From Gaiellaceae bacterium (GTDB lineage Bacteria > Actinomycetota > Thermoleophilia > Gaiellales > Gaiellaceae): 64,000 nucleotides of DNA. Positions within the stretch are counted from its first letter, which is position 1. Every line of letters begins with the position of its first letter. The stretch is from assembly GCA_036265535.1 (NCBI GenBank), contig DATAOV010000001.1, positions 40,582 through 104,581 on the forward strand. The letters run 5' to 3'. The notes under the pieces are model-generated. The model saw only the letters and a list, made by a program, of their open reading frames with translations, was not told the DNA's origin and ran no database searches. Below, one piece after another: positions 22,082 through 30,481 of this stretch. The position numbers were made by a program, and so were the translations under genes.

Positions 22082-22650
22082 CCGAGCCAGAGGTCGTAGC
22101 GGCGCTCGAGCCGGACCAGCAGGTCCACGAGCAGCGCGGCGCGATCGAGCTCTCGGCCGGTTTCCACCAGCAGCGAGGTCGCCGGGAGGTCGACCTCCGT
22201 CGGGAGATCGTGCTCGGCCAGGTTGACGTTGATCCCGACACCGAGCACCACGCGGCCCTCACGTGCCTCGGCGAGGATGCCGGCCACCTTGCGTCCGCCG
22301 ATGAGCACATCGTTCGGGAACTTCACCTCCGGCTCGAGACCCGTCATCGCGGCCAATGTCTCCGCGCACGCGCGCGCGGCGACTCCCGTCAGCTCCGGCA
22401 GCCGCTCCGGCGAGATGCTCGGTCTGAGCTGGAGCGAGCAGAGGAGGCTGGTTCCGGCCGGAGCAAACCAACGTCGCCCGAGCCGCCCTCGCCCCTCGGT
22501 CTGCTCGCCCGCGATCACGAGCGCGCCCTCCGGGGCGTCGGGATGCAGGAGCAGCTGAGTGGACGGGGTCGATTCGACGTACGCGTAGTCCCGGCCGAAG
22601 CGCCCGCGCAGCCGCGGAACCACGGCCTCCGGCGCGAGCGAGTCGGACAC
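22078..22650 (-). CDS. birA: Biotin--[acetyl-CoA-carboxylase] ligase, unusually short (catalytic domain only)
   Basis: GEQTEGRGRLGRRW and GVGINVN motifs. Start set at GTG 22650 (VSDSLAPEAVV); the upstream part of the track ORF runs through the divergent sigma gene. Confidence 0.75.
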   Translation of the reverse strand: MSDSLAPEAVVPRLRGRFGRDYAYVESTPSTQLLLHPDAPEGALVIAGEQTEGRGRLGRRWFAPAGTSLLCSLQLRPSISPERLPELTGVAARACAETLAAMTGLEPEVKFPNDVLIGGRKVAGILAEAREGRVVLGVGINVNLAEHDLPTEVDLPATSLLVETGRELDRAALLVDLLVRLERRYDLWLG

Positions 22651-22671
22651 GGGACGTAGACTAGGGCCGCC

Positions 22672-23286
22672 GTGCAACCTCCTTTGCGCAAGGGCCGTCA
22701 GATTCGTCAGGACCCGTGGCCCGAGGGGCCGCTCGTCTACGAGAAGCTGAGTGACCCGATCCTGGTCAAGCGAGCGAAGGACGGCGACCGCCTGGCACTG
22801 GCGGCGCTCTGTGAGCGGCACGCTCCGCGCGTCGAGCGCCTGGCCGCGCAAGTGCTCGCCGATCCCGAAGACGCTCGCGATGCCGCCCAGGAGGCGCTCG
22901 CCAAGCTCTGCCTCCGGCTACGCCAGTTCCGCGGTGAGTCACAGTTCGCGACGTGGCTCCACCGGCTCGTGGTCAACACCTGCCGGGACGTCGCCGACCG
23001 CCAGCGCGTACGTCGCTGTGAGCCGCTGCTCGACGACGAGCGTGTCTCGGGCGAGAGCGATCCGGCCAGGGAGGCAGACCTCGCGGAGCTTCGGCACGAG
23101 CTCGGCGCGGGCCTCGCGGGTCTTTCGCAGGAGCAGGCGAGCGTGGTCGTCCTGAAGGACGCGCTCGGCTTCTCGTTCGCCGAGATCTCGGCGCGGGAGG
23201 GCATGCCCGTGGGGACCGCGAAATGCTACGCGCACCGCGCCCGCGCCGGCCTGCGCGCACGGCTTTCGAAAACAGAAGCAGCGTGA
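22672..23286 (+). CDS. ECF-type RNA polymerase sigma-70 family factor
   Basis: Sigma-2 (DAAQEALAKLCLRLRQFRGESQFATWLHRLVVNTCRD) and sigma-4 (LSQEQASVVVLKDALGFSFAEISAREGMPVGTAKCYAHRAR). Exact start uncertain. Confidence 0.85.
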   Translation: MQPPLRKGRQIRQDPWPEGPLVYEKLSDPILVKRAKDGDRLALAALCERHAPRVERLAAQVLADPEDARDAAQEALAKLCLRLRQFRGESQFATWLHRLVVNTCRDVADRQRVRRCEPLLDDERVSGESDPAREADLAELRHELGAGLAGLSQEQASVVVLKDALGFSFAEISAREGMPVGTAKCYAHRARAGLRARLSKTEAA

Positions 23287-23720
23287 CCACCCTGGGCCGC
23301 GAGGAGATCGAGGCGATCCTGCCTCACCGGGAGCCATTCCTCCTGATCGACGAGGTGCTCGAGCTCGAGCCGGGCGAGCGCGTCCTCGCGCGCAAGACCG
23401 TCCGGCCCAACGAGTGGTACCTCGCCGGCCACTTTCCGGGCAGGCCGGTCATGCCGGGCGTCCTGATCGTGGAGGGCATGGCCCAGACGGGCGCGGTTGC
23501 GGTGCTCTCTCAAGATGAGAACCGCGGCCGGCTCGCGCTTTTCGCCGGGATCGACGACGTGCGCTTCAAGCGGATCGTCGAGCCAGGTGACGAGCTCCTC
23601 TTCGAGTGCAGGCTCGAGACCGTGCGCGGCCCGATCGGCAAGGGCAAGGCCACGGCGCACGTCGGCGAGGAGCTCGCGGCCCGGGGAACGCTGACCTTCG
23701 CGGTGGAGCGGGAGCGATGA
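23283..23720 (+). CDS. fabZ: 3-hydroxyacyl-ACP dehydratase FabZ
   Basis: LPHREPFLLID and GHFPGRPVMPGVLIVEGMAQ. GTG 23283 overlaps the sigma-factor stop (GTGA). Confidence 0.9.
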   Translation: MTTLGREEIEAILPHREPFLLIDEVLELEPGERVLARKTVRPNEWYLAGHFPGRPVMPGVLIVEGMAQTGAVAVLSQDENRGRLALFAGIDDVRFKRIVEPGDELLFECRLETVRGPIGKGKATAHVGEELAARGTLTFAVERER

Positions 23721-24730
23721 TCGGGACGGTCGACGGCGTCCGTGTCTCCATCACGGGCCTCGGCTGCCACGTTCCGGAGCGCGTGGTCACGAACGACGAG
23801 CTCTCGACGATGATGGACACCTCGGACGAGTGGATCCGCGAGCGCACCGGCATCCGCGAGCGCCGCGTCGCTGCGCCCGAGGAGGCGCTCTCGGACCTGT
23901 GCCTCCCCGCCGCGCACCAGGCGCTCGACGACGCGGGAATCGACGCCTCGCAGGTCGATCTGATCATCGTCGCCACGGTCACGCCCGACATGGCGTTCCC
24001 GTCGACGGCCGCGATCCTGGCCGACCAGCTCGGCGCCGAGAACGCGGCCGCCTACGATCTCTCCGCCGGCTGCACCGGGTTCATGTACGCCGTCGCCCAG
24101 GGGTACGGGATGCTCGCCGGCGGGCTTGCGCAGAAGGCGCTGATCGTCGGGGGCGATGTGCTCTCGAAGATCCTCGACTGGAGCGACCGCGGTACCGCGG
24201 TCCTGTTCGGCGACGGAGCGGGGGCGATCGTGCTCGAGCGCGTCGCAGACGGAGGCTTCCTCGGCTTCGAGCTAGGCGCCGATGGCTCCGGCGGCCCTCA
24301 GCTCTACCTGCCCGGCGGCGGCTCCCGCTCGCCGGCGACGGAGGAGTCCGTGGCCGAGCGGCTCCACTTCGTGAAGATGAACGGCCGCGAGGTGTTCAAG
24401 TTCGCCACGCGCGTCCTCGTCTCGTCGGCGGAGTCGGTGCTGACCGAATGCGGTCTCACCATCGAGGACGTTGACGTCTACGTGCCGCACCAGGCGAACG
24501 TCCGGATCATCGAGCACGCGAGGCAGAAGCTCGGGATTCCGGAGGAGAAGACGGTGATCGACGTCGATCGCTACGGGAACACGTCCTCGGGCTCGATTCC
24601 GCTCGCCCTGGCGGACGCGAAGGCCGACGGGCGACTGTCGAAAGGCAAGCTCGTGCTGATGACGGGAATGGGTGCCGGGCTCACATGGGGCTCCGGTTTG
24701 ATCGAATGGACCGACGGAGGAATGGGATGA
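23717..24730 (+). CDS. fabH: 3-oxoacyl-ACP synthase III FabH
   Basis: Active-site DLSAGCTGFMYA, HQAN, GNTSSGSIP. ATGA overlap with fabZ. Confidence 0.95.
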   Translation: MIGTVDGVRVSITGLGCHVPERVVTNDELSTMMDTSDEWIRERTGIRERRVAAPEEALSDLCLPAAHQALDDAGIDASQVDLIIVATVTPDMAFPSTAAILADQLGAENAAAYDLSAGCTGFMYAVAQGYGMLAGGLAQKALIVGGDVLSKILDWSDRGTAVLFGDGAGAIVLERVADGGFLGFELGADGSGGPQLYLPGGGSRSPATEESVAERLHFVKMNGREVFKFATRVLVSSAESVLTECGLTIEDVDVYVPHQANVRIIEHARQKLGIPEEKTVIDVDRYGNTSSGSIPLALADAKADGRLSKGKLVLMTGMGAGLTWGSGLIEWTDGGMG

Positions 24731-25659
24731 GCGGGCAAAAAGTCGCATTTTGTTTCCCCGGCCAGGGCTCGCTGGCCGTTGGCATGGGTCGGGAGATCGC
24801 CCTGGCGGTGCCCGAGGCGATGGAGATCTACCGGCGTGCGAGCGATGCCTCCGGGCTGGATCTCGTCCGAATCTGCTTCGAGGCGCCTGAGGCTGAGCTC
24901 GTCCAAACCGAGGTTCAGCAGCCCGCCCTCGTGGCGACGAGCCTGGCAGTACTCGCGGCGCTCCGGGCGGAGGGCTACGAGCCGGACGTCGTCGTCGGTC
25001 ACTCGGTCGGCGAGTTCGCCGCGCTGGCCGCGGCGCAGGCGCTCTCGGTCGAGGACGCGATCGCCCTCGTCCGCGAGCGCGGCCTGGCGATGGCCGAGGC
25101 CGCTCGGGAGAACCCGGGCTCGATGGCAGCCATTCTCGGCCTCGAGGATGCGGTCGTCGAGGACCTGTGCAAACAGATCGCGGGTGTCTGGCCGGCGAAC
25201 TACAACTGCCCGGGCCAGATCGTCATCTCCGGCCAGGACCCGGCCGTTGACGAGTGCTGCACCGAGGCCCAGCTCCAGGGAGCTGCCCGGACGGTGAAGC
25301 TGCGCGTTTCCGGGGCCTTCCACAGCCCGCTGATCGCTCGTGCCGCCGAGCGATTGCGCCCGGCGATCGAGCGCGCCAAGATCAACGACCCGATTGCCCC
25401 GTTCATGTCAACGGTGACGGCGAAGATCGAGCCCGCGCAGCGGATGGCCTCGCTGCTCGTCGAGCAGCTCACGGCCCCGGTTCGCTTTAGGCAGGCCGCG
25501 CGCGAGCTGATGCGTCAGGGCGTGAAGGTGTTCGTCGAGGTCGGCCCAGGAAACGTCCTCAGCGGTTTACTGAAGAGGATCGATAGAAGCGTGAAGGCGA
25601 TTCCGGTCGCGGATCTGGCGTCGCTCGAGAAGTTGCGGGAGACGCTCCGTCCTGCCTGA
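24727..25659 (+). CDS. fabD: Malonyl-CoA:ACP transacylase FabD
   Basis: FPGQGS, GHSVGE, and GAFHSPL. ATGA overlap with fabH. Confidence 0.95.
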   Translation: MSGQKVAFCFPGQGSLAVGMGREIALAVPEAMEIYRRASDASGLDLVRICFEAPEAELVQTEVQQPALVATSLAVLAALRAEGYEPDVVVGHSVGEFAALAAAQALSVEDAIALVRERGLAMAEAARENPGSMAAILGLEDAVVEDLCKQIAGVWPANYNCPGQIVISGQDPAVDECCTEAQLQGAARTVKLRVSGAFHSPLIARAAERLRPAIERAKINDPIAPFMSTVTAKIEPAQRMASLLVEQLTAPVRFRQAARELMRQGVKVFVEVGPGNVLSGLLKRIDRSVKAIPVADLASLEKLRETLRPA

Positions 25660-26383
25660 GGGGTTCTGTTCCCTCGAGGGCAAGACGGCGCTCGTTACCG
25701 GCGGCTCACGCGGGATCGGACGCGCAATCGCGCTCGAGCTGGCAGGCGCCGGCGCGGCTGTGGTCGTCGGCTACCACTCGGGTGCCGACGAGGCCGAGGC
25801 CATAGCGAAGGAGGCCGGCGGCCGCGCCGTCCAGGCGGACGTGTCCGACCCCGCGGACGCCAAGCGGCTGGTCGAGGAAGCCGGCGATCTCGACGTGCTC
25901 GTGAACAATGCGGGCGTGACACGCGACGGGCTCCTGGCTCGCATGCCTGACGACGACTGGCGGGCGGTGCTCGAGACGAACCTGTCCTCGGTCTTCTACA
26001 CCTCCCGCGCGGCCGTGCGCGGGATGATGAAGAGACGTGCAGGTTCGATCGTGAACGTCTCCAGCATCGTCGGCGTCCACGGCAACTGGGGGCAGACGAA
26101 CTACGGGGCCTCGAAGGCGGGGATCATCGGTTTCACGAAGTCGCTGGCCCGCGAGCTCGGCAGCCGCAACGTGCGGGCGAACGTCGTCGCGCCGGGCTAC
26201 GTCAACACCCGTCTCACCGACGTCCTGCCCGAGGAGGCGCGGCAGGCGATGCTGAGCAACACACCGCTCGGCAGGCTCGGCGAGCCGGAAGACGTCGCCG
26301 GGGCGGTACGCTTCCTTTGCTCCGACGAGGCTTCGTTCATCACGGGCGAAGTGCTTCTCGTCGACGGCGGTCTAGGGATGTGA
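25652..26383 (+). CDS. fabG: 3-oxoacyl-ACP reductase FabG (non-canonical start inferred)
   Basis: TGGSRGIG, NNAG and Y..SK (YGASKAG). Track start GTG 25760 lies after the glycine-rich NAD(P) motif. The in-frame upstream sequence (SLEGKTALVTGGSRGIG) offers only CTG 25652 as a start. Confidence 0.9.
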   Translation: MPEGFCSLEGKTALVTGGSRGIGRAIALELAGAGAAVVVGYHSGADEAEAIAKEAGGRAVQADVSDPADAKRLVEEAGDLDVLVNNAGVTRDGLLARMPDDDWRAVLETNLSSVFYTSRAAVRGMMKRRAGSIVNVSSIVGVHGNWGQTNYGASKAGIIGFTKSLARELGSRNVRANVVAPGYVNTRLTDVLPEEARQAMLSNTPLGRLGEPEDVAGAVRFLCSDEASFITGEVLLVDGGLGM

Positions 26384-26384
26384 T

Positions 26385-27650
26385 GTGAGCAACGCAGGCA
26401 GTCTCAACGGGAGGCGCAGGGTCGTGATCACCGGTCTCGGCGCTGTCACCCCGCTCGGCAACGACGTCGATTCGACCTGGGAGAACCTCGTGGCCGGACG
26501 TTCCGGCGCGGCAGCGATCACGCAGTTCGACTCGAGCCGCTTCAACGTGCATTTCGCCTGCGAGGTGAAGGATTTCGAGCCGACCGAGTACATCGACCGC
26601 AAGCAGGCCCGGCGCATGGACCGCTTCGCGCACTTGATCGTCGCTGCGGCCCGGCAGGCGGAGCAGGATTCGGGGATCGAGATCGAGGCCGAGGCGGCGC
26701 GCATCGGGGCGGCAATCGCGACCGGGATCGGCGGGTTGAAGGCCTTTCAGGACTGCCACAGCGAGCTTCTCGAGCGTGGGCCTGACCGGGTGAACCCGTT
26801 CTCGATCCCCGAGATCATCCCGAACATGGGTGCCGCTTGGGTTTCGATGCAGCTCGGAACCAAGGGGCCGCTCAGCTCGCAGTGCACCGCCTGCGCTGCT
26901 TCCAACATGGCGATCGGGGACGGGCTCGACGCGATCAGGCTCGGGCGCGCCGACGTGATGCTCTGCGGCGGCACCGAGGCGCCGGTGACCGAGGTCGGTA
27001 TCGCCGGCTTCAGCGCCATGCGTGCGCTTTCGCGGCGCAACGAGGATCCGGAGGCGGCGAGCCGGCCCTTCGACGCCGGCCGGGACGGATTCGTGATGGG
27101 CGAGGCCGGCGCGGTGGTCGTGCTGGAGGAGCTCGAGCACGCCATGGCGCGTGGGGCGAAGATCTACGCGGAGCTGCTCGGCTACGGCGTCTCCTCGGAC
27201 GCGCAGCACATCACCGAGCCCGATCCCTCCGGCGTCAACCCGGCGCGCGCGATGACGATGGCTTTCGGCGACGCGAGCGTCTCGACGGACGAGATCGACT
27301 ACATCAACGCCCACGGAACCTCGACGCCGCTCGGAGACGCCGCCGAGACGCGCGTGATCAAGCTTGCGCTCGGCGAGGACAACGCCCGCAAGACGCCGGT
27401 TTCGTCGACCAAGGGCGCAACGGGACACTGTCTGGGTGCGGCCGGCGCGGTCGAGGCGATGTTCTCGATCCTCGCTGTCAACCGGGGTGCGCTGCCCCCG
27501 ACGATCAACTACGACCAGCCCGATCCCGAGTGCGATCTCGACTACATCCCGAACGAGGCGCGCGAAGCCGATGTGCGCACCGCGGTCTCGAACTCGTTCG
27601 GCTTCGGCGGCCACAACGCCACGATCGTCGTTCGCCGCTTCGAGGACTAG
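26385..27650 (+). CDS. fabF: 3-oxoacyl-ACP synthase II FabF
   Basis: Active-site CTACAAS, NAHGTSTP, and GHCLGAAG. Starts 1 nt after the fabG stop. Confidence 0.95.
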   Translation: MSNAGSLNGRRRVVITGLGAVTPLGNDVDSTWENLVAGRSGAAAITQFDSSRFNVHFACEVKDFEPTEYIDRKQARRMDRFAHLIVAAARQAEQDSGIEIEAEAARIGAAIATGIGGLKAFQDCHSELLERGPDRVNPFSIPEIIPNMGAAWVSMQLGTKGPLSSQCTACAASNMAIGDGLDAIRLGRADVMLCGGTEAPVTEVGIAGFSAMRALSRRNEDPEAASRPFDAGRDGFVMGEAGAVVVLEELEHAMARGAKIYAELLGYGVSSDAQHITEPDPSGVNPARAMTMAFGDASVSTDEIDYINAHGTSTPLGDAAETRVIKLALGEDNARKTPVSSTKGATGHCLGAAGAVEAMFSILAVNRGALPPTINYDQPDPECDLDYIPNEAREADVRTAVSNSFGFGGHNATIVVRRFED

Positions 27651-27675
27651 AGCGCCTCCCGTATGAAGTGCTTCT

Positions 27676-28107
27676 CTAGCGGGGCGCCCGGCTCAGCGCG
27701 GCCCTGATTGCCCGAATCAAGCGACGCTCGGCGCGACCGTGCAGAACCACCTCCGTTCCCGTGTCGACGCGATGGGCGGTGGCCCGCAGGAGATCGAGGA
27801 TCACGCCGGCGATCTCGGGGAGCTCATTGTCTGCATCGGTATCGGGCTCTTGGTCGCTGCGGACGATCTCAAGCGTGTCCAGGCCCACCCGTCGGTAGCT
27901 GTAGTGGGGCTGCCCGCCGACGACTTGCTCGATCCGGTCGATCGCGGTCACGGGGCTCTCGGAGACGACCGTGGTGTAGTGGAAGTCGAGCAGCCGGGGC
28001 CCGCGCAGGCGGTAGTAGGCGATGTAGCCGCCGAGCACGACACACCCGCTGCCGACGACCAACAGCGACACGAGCGTGCTTTCGAGAGCGAGCTCCCCGT
28101 GCGCCAT
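27676..28107 (-). CDS. Hypothetical membrane-anchored protein (143 aa)
   Basis: N-terminal TM (LVSLLVVGSGCVVLGGYIAYY) followed by a non-repetitive soluble domain. No motif recognised. Confidence 0.5.
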   Translation of the reverse strand: MAHGELALESTLVSLLVVGSGCVVLGGYIAYYRLRGPRLLDFHYTTVVSESPVTAIDRIEQVVGGQPHYSYRRVGLDTLEIVRSDQEPDTDADNELPEIAGVILDLLRATAHRVDTGTEVVLHGRAERRLIRAIRAALSRAPR

Positions 28108-28139
28108 GGGCCGAGTCTACGAGCGGGTAAGCTCGTCGA

Positions 28140-28781
28140 GTGGCGGGCGAGCGCTGGGCTACCTTCGACTGCTACGGCACCCTGATCGACTGGAACGGCG
28201 GGATTCGCGGCGAGCTCGCGCGGGTGTTCGACGAGGAGCGAGCCGACGAGCTGCTCGAGCGCTACCACGAGCTTGAGCCCGAGCTGGAAGCCGACGGCAC
28301 TCGCTCCTACCGCGAGGTGCTGACCGAGGCGATGCGCGGGCTCGGCGCGCCGCCGGGCGAGGAGGGCGGCTTGGCGCGCTCGCTTCCGAACTGGCTGCCC
28401 TTCCCCGAGGTTCCGGGCGCACTCGCCGAGGCGCGCGAGCGTGGCTGGAAGCTCGCGATCCTCTCCAACACCGACAGGGACTTCATCGAGGCGTCGATGG
28501 AGAGGCTCGCCGTGACGTTCGAGCTCGCGATCGTGGCCTCCGAGGTCGGGTCGTACAAGCCCGGGCTGGCGCACTGGAGCACGTTCGAGCGAGAGGTCGG
28601 TCGCCCGCCGGACATCCACGTCGCGGCCAGCTTGTTCCACGACATCGGGCCTGCGAACGAGCTCGGTCTGCGCTCGATCTGGATCAACCGGCTCGGCGAG
28701 GCCGCCGGCCCGAGACCGACCCGGGAGCTGTCCGACCTGGGGAGCCTTCCCGCAACTCTTGACGAGCTGGCGCCGCCGTGA
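28140..28781 (+). CDS. HAD-superfamily hydrolase (2-haloacid dehalogenase-like subfamily)
   Basis: Motif I FDCYGTLIDW, motif II ILSNTD, and SYKP. Confidence 0.8.
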   Translation: MAGERWATFDCYGTLIDWNGGIRGELARVFDEERADELLERYHELEPELEADGTRSYREVLTEAMRGLGAPPGEEGGLARSLPNWLPFPEVPGALAEARERGWKLAILSNTDRDFIEASMERLAVTFELAIVASEVGSYKPGLAHWSTFEREVGRPPDIHVAASLFHDIGPANELGLRSIWINRLGEAAGPRPTRELSDLGSLPATLDELAPP

Positions 28782-29671
28782 CCATTGCCTTGCGCACCCC
28801 GCTCGATGACGAGGTACCCGCGCTCACGGCCCTGCTGGAGAGTCATTCCCGGGCCGCGTTCGGCGAGCGGGAGCTGGACGAGGACGAGCTGCGGCACTGG
28901 TTCACGCTGCCCGATGTGTGGATGCAGGTTGCCGAGCAGGAGGGACGGCTCGTTGGATACGCGGATGCCGTGTCTCGCGACGACGGCACGCTGGTCGAAG
29001 TCGACGTGCGCACGACCGACCCGGATGCCGCAGAAGCGCTGCTCTCGGCGGTCGAGGCGCATGCTCGGCGAGAGGCTCCCGGGGCGGTGCTTCGGAGCTA
29101 TACGCAGGGCGAGGAGCCGGCGCTCGCCGGCGTGTTCGAGCGGGACGGATGGGTCCGCGTCCGCCACTTCTTCCACATGCAAATCGAGCTGGCCGACGAA
29201 CCGGCCGAGCCCGTCTGGCCCGACGGCATGACCGTGCGGACGTTTCGTCCCGGCGAGGAGGAGCGGGTCTACGAGACGCACGCGGACGCCTTCGCCGATC
29301 ACTGGGACTTCCGGCGCCAGTCGATGGAGGCATGGCGTCACGGCGGGCCCGACCATCCCCGGTTCGACCCGTCGCTCTGGTGGCTGGCGCAGGACGGTGG
29401 CGAGTTGGCCGGGGTTGCGCTCAGTCGCTGGCACCAATCAGGCGACCCCAGCTTCGGGTGGGTCGACGTGCTCGGTGTTCGGCCGCCCTGGAGGCGTCGC
29501 GGTCTTGGGCTCGCGCTCCTGCTGCAGTCGTTCGGCGAGTTCGGCCGGCGCGGCGCGACCCGGGTAGGGCTGGGGGTCGACGCCGAGAGCACGACCGGGG
29601 CGGTGTCGCTGTACGAGCGAGCTGGAATGCAGGTTGTGCGCCGAAACGACGCGTACGAGAAGCAGGCATGA
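28778..29671 (+). CDS. Two-domain GNAT N-acetyltransferase (MshD-like architecture)
   Basis: C-terminal GNAT motif A VLGVRPPWRRRGLGLALL plus an N-terminal GNAT-like half. GTGA overlap with the HAD gene. Confidence 0.75.
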   Translation: MTIALRTPLDDEVPALTALLESHSRAAFGERELDEDELRHWFTLPDVWMQVAEQEGRLVGYADAVSRDDGTLVEVDVRTTDPDAAEALLSAVEAHARREAPGAVLRSYTQGEEPALAGVFERDGWVRVRHFFHMQIELADEPAEPVWPDGMTVRTFRPGEEERVYETHADAFADHWDFRRQSMEAWRHGGPDHPRFDPSLWWLAQDGGELAGVALSRWHQSGDPSFGWVDVLGVRPPWRRRGLGLALLLQSFGEFGRRGATRVGLGVDAESTTGAVSLYERAGMQVVRRNDAYEKQA

Positions 29672-30444
29672 GCCGTTTACGCGCCCGCTGCCCGGACTGC
29701 CACACGTTCACGGCGGTTGCGCTTGGTCCTGGCTACGAGTGCCATGCCTGCGGCCGCGAGTTCGGCGCCGGCCTCGTCCGCGTGCCCCGCGCCTGGGGGG
29801 AAGGCGGGGATGCGATGGCCGAGGCGGCGCGCCTCCCGTTGCCATACCCGGAGGCGGCCGTCGTCGAGGAGGACTCGCTCGGCGAGCAGAACCTGGCGAT
29901 CGCAATGGACCTTCCGGAGCGCCCGCTCGTGCTCGGCGGCTGCTGCTGCGCGCACATCGGGGCCGTCGAGGGCCTCGCCGCCCGGAACGGACGGCTGGCG
30001 CTCGTCTGGTTCGACGCCCACGGCGATCTGAACACGCCCGAGAGCTCGCCGTCCGGGAATCTCTGGGGCATGCCGCTGCGGATGCTGCTCGACTCGGGGG
30101 CGGTCGAGCCGCAGGACGTGATCCTGCTCGGTTCCCGCAACCTCGATCCGCCCGAGCGCGAGTACATCGCTTCGATCGGGCTACGCACCGACGCGAGCGA
30201 GCTCGAGGCGGCACTCGACGGCGCCGACGGGGCGTACATCGCACTCGACGTGGACTCGCTCGACCCGGCGGAGATCCGCCCGTTCATGCCCGAGCCCGGT
30301 GGGCTCACCGCTGTCGAGGTCGAGGACCTGCTTTGGCGGGTACGGGAGCGCTCGACGGTTCTCGGCGCCGGTTTCAGCGCTCTGGCCCCCGAGCCCGCAA
30401 ACGTGGAGGCGCTCGGCCGGTTCTGCGCGGCACTCGGGCTGTAA
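29668..30444 (+). CDS. Arginase/ureohydrolase-fold protein with N-terminal zinc-ribbon and an atypical first metal motif
   Basis: CPDC..(14)..CHAC ribbon. Arginase-family motifs FDAHGDLNTPESSPSGNLWGMPL and ALDVDSLDP...PEPGGLT. The usual GGDHS is replaced by GGCCCAH. ATG 29668 overlaps the GNAT stop (ATGA); the rest of track ORF 28918..30444 is out of frame over the GNAT gene. Confidence 0.75.
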   Translation: MSRLRARCPDCHTFTAVALGPGYECHACGREFGAGLVRVPRAWGEGGDAMAEAARLPLPYPEAAVVEEDSLGEQNLAIAMDLPERPLVLGGCCCAHIGAVEGLAARNGRLALVWFDAHGDLNTPESSPSGNLWGMPLRMLLDSGAVEPQDVILLGSRNLDPPEREYIASIGLRTDASELEAALDGADGAYIALDVDSLDPAEIRPFMPEPGGLTAVEVEDLLWRVRERSTVLGAGFSALAPEPANVEALGRFCAALGL

Positions 30445-30481
30445 CTCCTGGCCGGAGCACCGGGTCTAAACTCGCAAGCGC

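Noticed and set aside
28918-30444. 508-aa ORF spanning the GNAT and arginase-like genes.
   Set aside because: The first 250 codons are out of frame over the GNAT gene and are Arg/Gly-rich. The ATG at 29668 forms an ATGA junction with the GNAT stop.
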